Notes under the pieces: model-generated
The model's input: the letters and a program-made list of their open reading frames with translations, nothing else
Databases searched by the model: none
Told to the model about the DNA's origin: nothing
Program-made: the position numbers and the translations under genes
Assembly: GCF_009914755.1 (NCBI RefSeq)
Contig: NC_060937.1
Direction: 5' to 3' (one strand)
DNA: 64,000 nucleotides
Origin: the human T2T-CHM13v2.0 reference genome, Homo sapiens
Shown here: positions 56,760 to 64,000 of the stretch, one piece after another
Layout: each line of letters opens with the position of its first letter
Numbering within the stretch: position 1 is the first letter of the stretch

Positions 56760-59700
56760 AATTTAACTTTTGAACTTTTCTATTGACCTTTCAGCTCAGC
56801 CTCTTTGCATTATATCTTTTAGGGATTTACTTAGGGATTAATATTTATTGTGTACCTTTTTATGTAGTATGTTTACTGATAACCTTCAATGATGTAAATT
56901 CATTTATCCACCATATCAACCTTTATACTATAGGTGTCATATGTATTGCTACCACATATATCTTACTCCCACAAAAAAAGTGTTAAAATGTTTACTTTAA
57001 ACAGTCATGTAAATTTTAAATAAATATTAAAAATATTATTGTATATTTAAAACTATATTTACTATTTCTGATGCTCTTCATTTTCTTATTTTGGTGGACA
57101 GATTTTCCCTTCTGTATATTTCCCTTCAGCTTGAAAAGCTTCCCTTAGCATTTCTTGTATCGCATGTCTAGTGACAGCAAATTTTCTTATTTTTTTCTTT
57201 CTCTGAAAATGTTTTTATTTTAAATTCACTTTTGAAGGAGATTTAAAGGAATACAGAATTACCCATTGAAAGTCTTTATTTTTATTTTTTTCTTCTGTCT
57301 CTTAAAGCTGTTGTCCCTCTGTCTGTGGTCACCATAGTTTCTACATTTGTGGTAATTAAAATTACTGGCTATTTTCAAGATTTGTCTTATTATTTTTGGT
57401 TTTTAGAAGTTTAAATATGATGTGCCTAGGATGATTCTCTTTGAATTCCTCTCATTTGGGGATTTTCTTGTATCTATAACTTTATGTCTTTTGCCAGAGT
57501 TGGAAAACGTTGGCCACAATTTTATTTTTCTCTTCTTCCTTTGTAACTCAAATCATGTAAATATTAGAACTTGGTGAAATTCTCTTAAAAGTGTGTACGC
57601 CACTTTTTGCATGTTAACATGGTTTCAGTGCCCTAGGATACCAGACTAGCAGTGAAATGCATGGATATATTGTAAGTTCTGCCTACATTTTTGAAGGACT
57701 GACAGAAAGTTTTTCACAGCAGCTGCGGCATTTGCATTGTACATTTCCACTAGCAGTGGTATAAAGGTTGCGGTTTCTCCACATCTTTGCCTACAGTAGA
57801 TTTTTTATATTTTTTGTTGGTTGCTTGGTTGGTTAGATTTGGTTTGGTTATAGTCATGTTGGTAGGTGTAAAGTGGTATTTTTATTGCAGTTTTGTTTGC
57901 ATTTTTGTAAGGACCAATGATGTTGAATATCTTTTCCTGTGTCTACTGGTCATATGTGTGTTTTCTTTGCAGAAATATCTGTTAAATTATTTTCTTTTTA
58001 ATGATTTTATTATTTTAGTACACATGATGTAAAAATATATTTTAGATACTAAAAACTTATTAGATACACGATTTACAAATATTTCCTCTCATTCTATAAG
58101 TTGGCCATTTTTACTTTTTTGATAGGGTCCTCTGAGTAACACAAGTTTTTGTTTTGTTTTCTAATTGCGATGACATCCAATTTATTTAATTCTTTTTATC
58201 TTTGTTCTTTTGGTGACATATTTAAGAAGCCATTACCTAATCCAAGATCACAAAATTTTACACCTACGTTTTCTTCTAAGATTTTTATGTATTACATTTA
58301 AATCTTTCATCCATTTGAGCTAACGTTTGTATATAGTATGTGGTAGTGGTCCACTTTTTTATTTTCCATGCAGATGTCCAGTTGTCCCAGCACCATTTGT
58401 TGAAAAGACTATTCTTCCCTTATTGAATAATCATACCTCCCTGATGTGTTTACTTCTGAACTTTCAATTATAATCCATTGATTTATATGCTTATCCTTAT
58501 GCCAGTGCCACACTGCTTTAATTACTGCAGCTTTGTATTAGGTTTGGAAATCAGACATCTGAGTCCTACAATTTTGTTTTTATTTTAGAAACTGTTTTGG
58601 CTATTCAGTCCCTTGTATTTTTATATGCATTTCAAGAGCAGCTTGTAGGCCAAAAAGGCTGTTGCAATTTTGATTAGGGATAGCATTGAATCTGTAGGTC
58701 AGTTTAGTGGCTTGCTATCTTAACAACATTATATCTTCCAATCAATGAATAAGAGATGACTTTTCATTTGTTGGTCTTATTTAATTTCTCACAATGTTTT
58801 ATATCTTACACTTCCTTCGTTAACTATATACTTACACGCTTGCTTATGTTATTATAAGTGAAATTGTTCTTTTATAGATTGTTCATGATCATTGTACAGA
58901 AATTAAACTGATTGTCATATTGAGCTTGTATCTGCTACTTTGCTGAACTTCTTTATTAAGGCTTATATAATCCTGTGTATGTGTATTATTAAGGTTTTCT
59001 ATCAATAAAGTCATAAATGAAATGTGAATTGAGATAATTTTACTTCTTTGATTCCAGTAGGAATATATTTTATGTATTTTTCTTGTCCAATTTATGTGGC
59101 TAGAACTTCTAGTATAATGTGGAATAGAATTGGCAAGTGTGGACACTCTTGTCTTATTCCTGATCTAGTGGGGAAAGCTTTTTTCAATATTATATATAAT
59201 GTTAGCTGTGGGATTTTGGAGACACTTTAACAAGATAAAGAAAGTTTTCTTCCGTTTCTACTTTGATGAATGTTTTCTCATGTTAAAGTGTATATTTTGT
59301 CTATTTTTAAAAATCAATTGAGATAATTATTTTTCTTTATTTTACTAATATCAGATATTACCTTGATTGATTTCATATTTTGTGCCTATGTTGCATTATT
59401 GTGGTGAATTCTATTTGATCATAGTGTATAATGTTTTAATATGCTGCTGGATTTTGTTTGCTAGTGTTTTGTTGAAGATAGTTGTATCTATATTTATATG
59501 GTATGCTGGTCTGTAGTATTTATTTCTTGTGATGTCTTTGTCTGGCTTTGATGACAGGGTAATACTGGCCTCATAAAATAATTTGGAAAGTATTTTCTCA
59601 TCTTTATTTTATAGAGTAATATGAGAAGTAATGATGTTAATTTCCTTTAAAGCCTTGATTAAAACAGAGAAGGCATTTCTCCTTGGGCTTTTCTTTGTTG
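56760..59700 (-). mobile_element. Old L1M fragments (L1ME then L1MB-type ORF2)
   Basis: ttcccttagcatttcttgt, ccagttgtcccagcaccatttgttgaaaagact, ctggctttgatgacagggtaatactggcctcata. Confidence 0.8.
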
Positions 59701-59962
59701 AAGCACTCAATCCTCCATACCAATAGCAGATTCTTTTACTGTTATTTAAATAGTAATTTTTAAAATAGGCAGATGCTACTTATAGTAGCCCTATAGTTAT
59801 TTAACATGGGGGAACTATGTATTTGGATATATACAAACACACACACAGAGTGAGAAATATAAACTATTTTCTATAAATATTCACACATGGGTAGGCAACT
59901 AGATAGTAGTATGCTGTATAACAAGTTACAATTTGAAAACATGAAGAATTTTTTTTGGCATA

Positions 59963-60270
59963 TTTTTCTTTCTTTCTTTTTTTTTTTTTAGACGGAGTTT
60001 TGCTCTTGTTGCCCAGGCTATAGTGCAATGGCACGACCTTGACTCACTGCAACCTCCCCTTGCAGGGTTCAAGTGATCCCCCGCCTCAGCTTCCCGAGTA
60101 GCTGGGATTACAGACATGCACCACTATGCCTAGCTAATTTTGTATTTTTATTAGAGACAGGGTTTCTCCATGTTGGTCAGGCTGGTCTCGAACTCCCAAC
60201 CTCAGGTTATCTGCCCGCCTCAGCCTCACAAAGTGCTGGGATTACAGGTGTGAGCTACCACGCCTGGCTG
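59963..60270 (-). mobile_element. AluSp
   Basis: ttgctcttgttgcccagg, gtgcaatggc, ctccatgttggtcaggctgg. Confidence 0.92.
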
Positions 60271-61824
60271 AGCATAGACTTTTTAATGAAGGAACTAAAT
60301 TATTTAAAGTGTGTAAGACCTTCTGAATACACTTTACACAAAAAATACTTATGAATAAGTGTCTCTAGAGGATGAAAAGAGAAAAATTAACTCATTTGTT
60401 GAAGAACCTGAAATTCTATGTATAAAAAAATGGGGAATTGTGTATCTGTACATATAAATATATGTATACATGTATACACATATCTACACACATATATCTC
60501 CAACAAAATCTAGTAATATATTTTAATATATTCATTAAATAATAATTATGGCAGAAAAATTTTATACATGAATTACACTTTTAAAAAAATTTTGAGCATT
60601 CTAAATATAAACCTCTCCAGATATCTGTAGAAAATAGATTTAAGAGAACAGCTGTTTTACTATTTAGTCACAATATCTGAATTAAATATGAACTGTCAGT
60701 TCTTTAATTGAAAGCATTTTTGTTTTTCATTTTCAGCTTTTACTATCATATTAAATCTAAATTAAACACTTATTGGAGACACTCAATTTTAAATCTTACC
60801 CTTTTATTTACTTTAATTGACAGTTAGATGCCAAATAGATTTGGTATTCTAATTATATACTTCTTAAGATTTCTGCACAGAAGTCTAAAGCACTTGTTCT
60901 TTTATTGTTTTGCTTTGTTATCTTCAGCTTTCTCAATTTCTCACTTCTATTTATTTTGTCACTTAATTTCTTATTTATTCACAGTTCTATTATGACAGCT
61001 GGATAATTTTTCTAATGACTTTGCTTAAATTGTTCCCTAATATTATTACTAATAGCAACAATAAATGAACTTATAATTTGAAAATTAGATCTGGAAAAAA
61101 ATATTCATTTTCATACCTATTTATAGAAAAAATTTTTGCTACAGAATACTTATTTTTATTCATGTTTATAGACTCCTCCAAGCATAACTTATTTAAAATA
61201 AGACATATATAACAATAATTTTCTGTATTTATAACTATCAAAATAACTTTTTCAAAACATTACAGATAGTTGAAAATAATATTAAACTGTAGCAAATATT
61301 TTTATTGTTAGATTTGATTATAGACTTTTACAAAATTATATTTTCTTTATACAATCTGATTATTTTTGAAGTAATCTATGCACATATAGAAAATACTACA
61401 TCTTTATATATGAAACCATGACTGAGACCATTACTTTAAGCTAAGAAAGTTTACAGTTGAATAATTTATTACCTAATTTATTGGTTTATTTGTAAATATA
61501 ACTTTTGAAATGCATATATATGTATGTATGTATTTAAAAAGATGTAAACATAGATTTTAATATAGGCAAAGTGACTAATAGATTTTCTATGTTAAATATT
61601 ATGCATTTTAGAGTTTTCATTTTTAAAATAATAAGCTTAATAAAATTAAAATTGCACTATTAATAACAATTAATTAAGATAGGCACATGAGCAGCATGCT
61701 CATGAAATGGTAGAACCCATGGGTGACCACTGGCATTAGATCAAGCTGAAGAAGTTTAAGATTTAAAGATTTTCATTTACATAAACTCCCTACAAGACCC
61801 TAGGAGAGGTATTAAGAATGGTTT

Positions 61825-62212
61825 CATAAAATGAATTGTGCCCTACCTTCACCTCCCATAAATTCACTGAAGCCCTAACCATCAATGTGACTGTATTTGG
61901 AGACAGAACCTATGGGAAAGTAACTAAGGTTAAATGAGGTCATAAGGTTGGACACTGATCTAATAATGTTGTTATAAGAAGAGACAGCAGAGAGCTCTCT
62001 CTCCTCATGCACCCGCGCTGAGGAAAGGGCAACATGAGGACATAGTGAGATTGCGGCCATCTGCAAACCAGGAAAGAGGCCTTCACTGGAAACAGAATTG
62101 GTTAGCACCTCTGTCAGTGGAATTCCAGCTTCCAGAACTTTGAGAAAATTAATTTCTGTGAAGTCACCCAGTCTGTGATATTTTGTTATGGAATACTGAG
62201 CTGACTATTATA
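61825..62212 (+). mobile_element. MLT1A-type MaLR LTR
   Basis: gaagccctaacc...aatgtgactgtatttggaga, aggttaaatgaggtcataagg, ccatctgcaaaccaggaaagaggcc, ttccagaactttgagaaa. Confidence 0.88.
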
Positions 62213-63654
62213 TCGGGTCCTATGTTTTTGTAACAGTTTCTATGTTTTAAAATATTTTATTTGCATTTGCTTAAACCAAGTTTGTTACCCCTCTTATTTG
62301 TTCTCCATCCCACCTTTCCTACTGTCGATGGTGCTACAGTGCTTCCAGATAATTTTAGGATCTGGTTCAGAAGAAGTATCTGGATTTTGTGGAATAAATA
62401 TTTTTCTGTATCACAGACACTTCCACAGAAAATCAAATTTTTACTCTCTGTTTAATCTGGGAGTGCTTTCAGAAGTAATTATATTGCCCACAATCCCTAG
62501 TCCATCGCTATTGTGCATGAGAAGTAGGGCTAGAAGAAATATCACAACATCAACGTGATACAACAAACTGCCTAGCATCAGTTATGAGGAGTCGATTAAA
62601 TAGAAGAAACAAGATTCCACATGTTTGGAGCCAGAAGATAGTCTGTGAAAAATTATACTAATCATCAGGAATATAAAATAATATGCAAAAGATTGGTTCT
62701 TATTGATGTCTAATCAAAAAGGAAGAAACGTTCAGTCAGGCATATACACTATAATGCATCATATGCCAGATAAGAAAAAAAAATAGATATTTTTCTTTGT
62801 GGGGGCATTGTATAAAGTAGAATTTGTCAGAAGCCTCGTATTTATAGGGCACAAGTTGGTATCATTAAAACAAATATTGAGTACGTCTGAGTGTGAGATC
62901 ACACGTTTTATATATTACAACTTATTATTGTGTTGTGTCAGCTCATTGGCCAAAGATTTGTTTCTTGTTTGTTTGACACAAAATACTGACATTGACAAAG
63001 ATAATAGACAATTCATAATACAAATAACACTATCAGAGCATCAGTGACAAACTGGCTAATTAGTAGCATCAATTCAGCCAGTATATAAGAAGTCACCCCA
63101 AATGAAAATTTGCAGTGACTTGTTGTTTTGTAGTCTAAGTGGAAGAAATCTGGTAATAGTTTTCCCAAATTTAACAATAAGCCTGAATATTTGATAATGA
63201 TTTCAGTATTAACCTGTGAACCTGAATTGAACACTTTCTAAACTTGCTTCTCTTTGATAACAATAATAGTAATAAATGTAACAAATTTTAACAAGCATGC
63301 TAGAGGAAAGAGAAAACTAGTTTTCTGTAATTTATATAGAAAATTATATTATGAAATCATTGTCCTTTGAAGTAGTCATGAAATATGCCACCAATATTTT
63401 AGAAAAAATATATTCTACTCTTGTGTTGAGCTGTTTATTAATAAAAATGTTTTGTTATTTTTCCAAACTATATGAATTTTGTGGTATTTGTAATTGGTGG
63501 TGATTTACTTTCTCATGCTAAACTTTTATTCTTATGTAAGCTAGTAACATTAATTTTGAATTCTTTTTCTAAGAAGACTCCACAAATTGCATATGCTTCA
63601 GAAACCACAAACTCTAGATCCTCCCTTGCCTGTATCTCTACAAAATATCTATAC

Positions 63655-63830
63655 CAATAATTACCATATGTTAAGAACCATAGAGAATATTATTTCTTCA
63701 ATTTTACAATTGAGTGGACTGAGTGGTTACCACATTTACACAAATAAGAATTGAATCGAATAATTGAATTGTCAATTGAATAGAGCTCATATCTGTCTAA
63801 CTCAAAAGTTTGAGCTGTATTTCTGTTAAA
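63655..63830 (-). mobile_element. MIR
   Basis: tattatttcttcaattttacaattgagtggactgag...atctgtctaactcaaaagttt. Confidence 0.55.
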
Positions 63831-64000
63831 TCCTGCTATATCTGATATACATGAATAGTTGGATTTTTTTCTATTGTTTGAGTCTCCGTTTTCAACTGTG
63901 TCCTTTTCTCAATTTGTGTTTCTTCTTACTCTCATTGTCCTGCCCAGCCTCCATCCCAGAGCTTGCCTTTTCTATTTATTTAATATATTATTATTTCTGT

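Overview
AT-rich, gene-poor hominoid (human/great-ape-type) genomic DNA, dominated by interspersed repeats. No credible host protein-coding gene, rRNA or tRNA gene is visible; the short ORFs fall in Alu, L1, LTR or simple repeats. Main structures: a decayed ERVL-class provirus on the minus strand (~1.9-6.8 kb; gag, RT and RNase H motifs still readable); a complete two-LTR non-coding MER4-group ERV1 provirus (16174-24203; CTTT TSD, tRNA-Glu PBS, PPT) carrying a nested Alu and a nested antisense solo LTR; many solo LTRs with intact TSDs (MER4D/E, THE1D, MLT2, MLT1); about 13 Alus including a young AluYe5; and old L1/L2/MIR/DNA-transposon debris. The most unusual locus is ~43055-43414. There, the 5' end only of an SVA, a ~30-nt non-repeat segment that I recall as matching the human U2 snRNA (RNU2) promoter, and an A10 tract together replace roughly 2.3 kb of an L1PB element with no TSD. 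Repeat family names come from recognition of consensus motifs, not from a database search.
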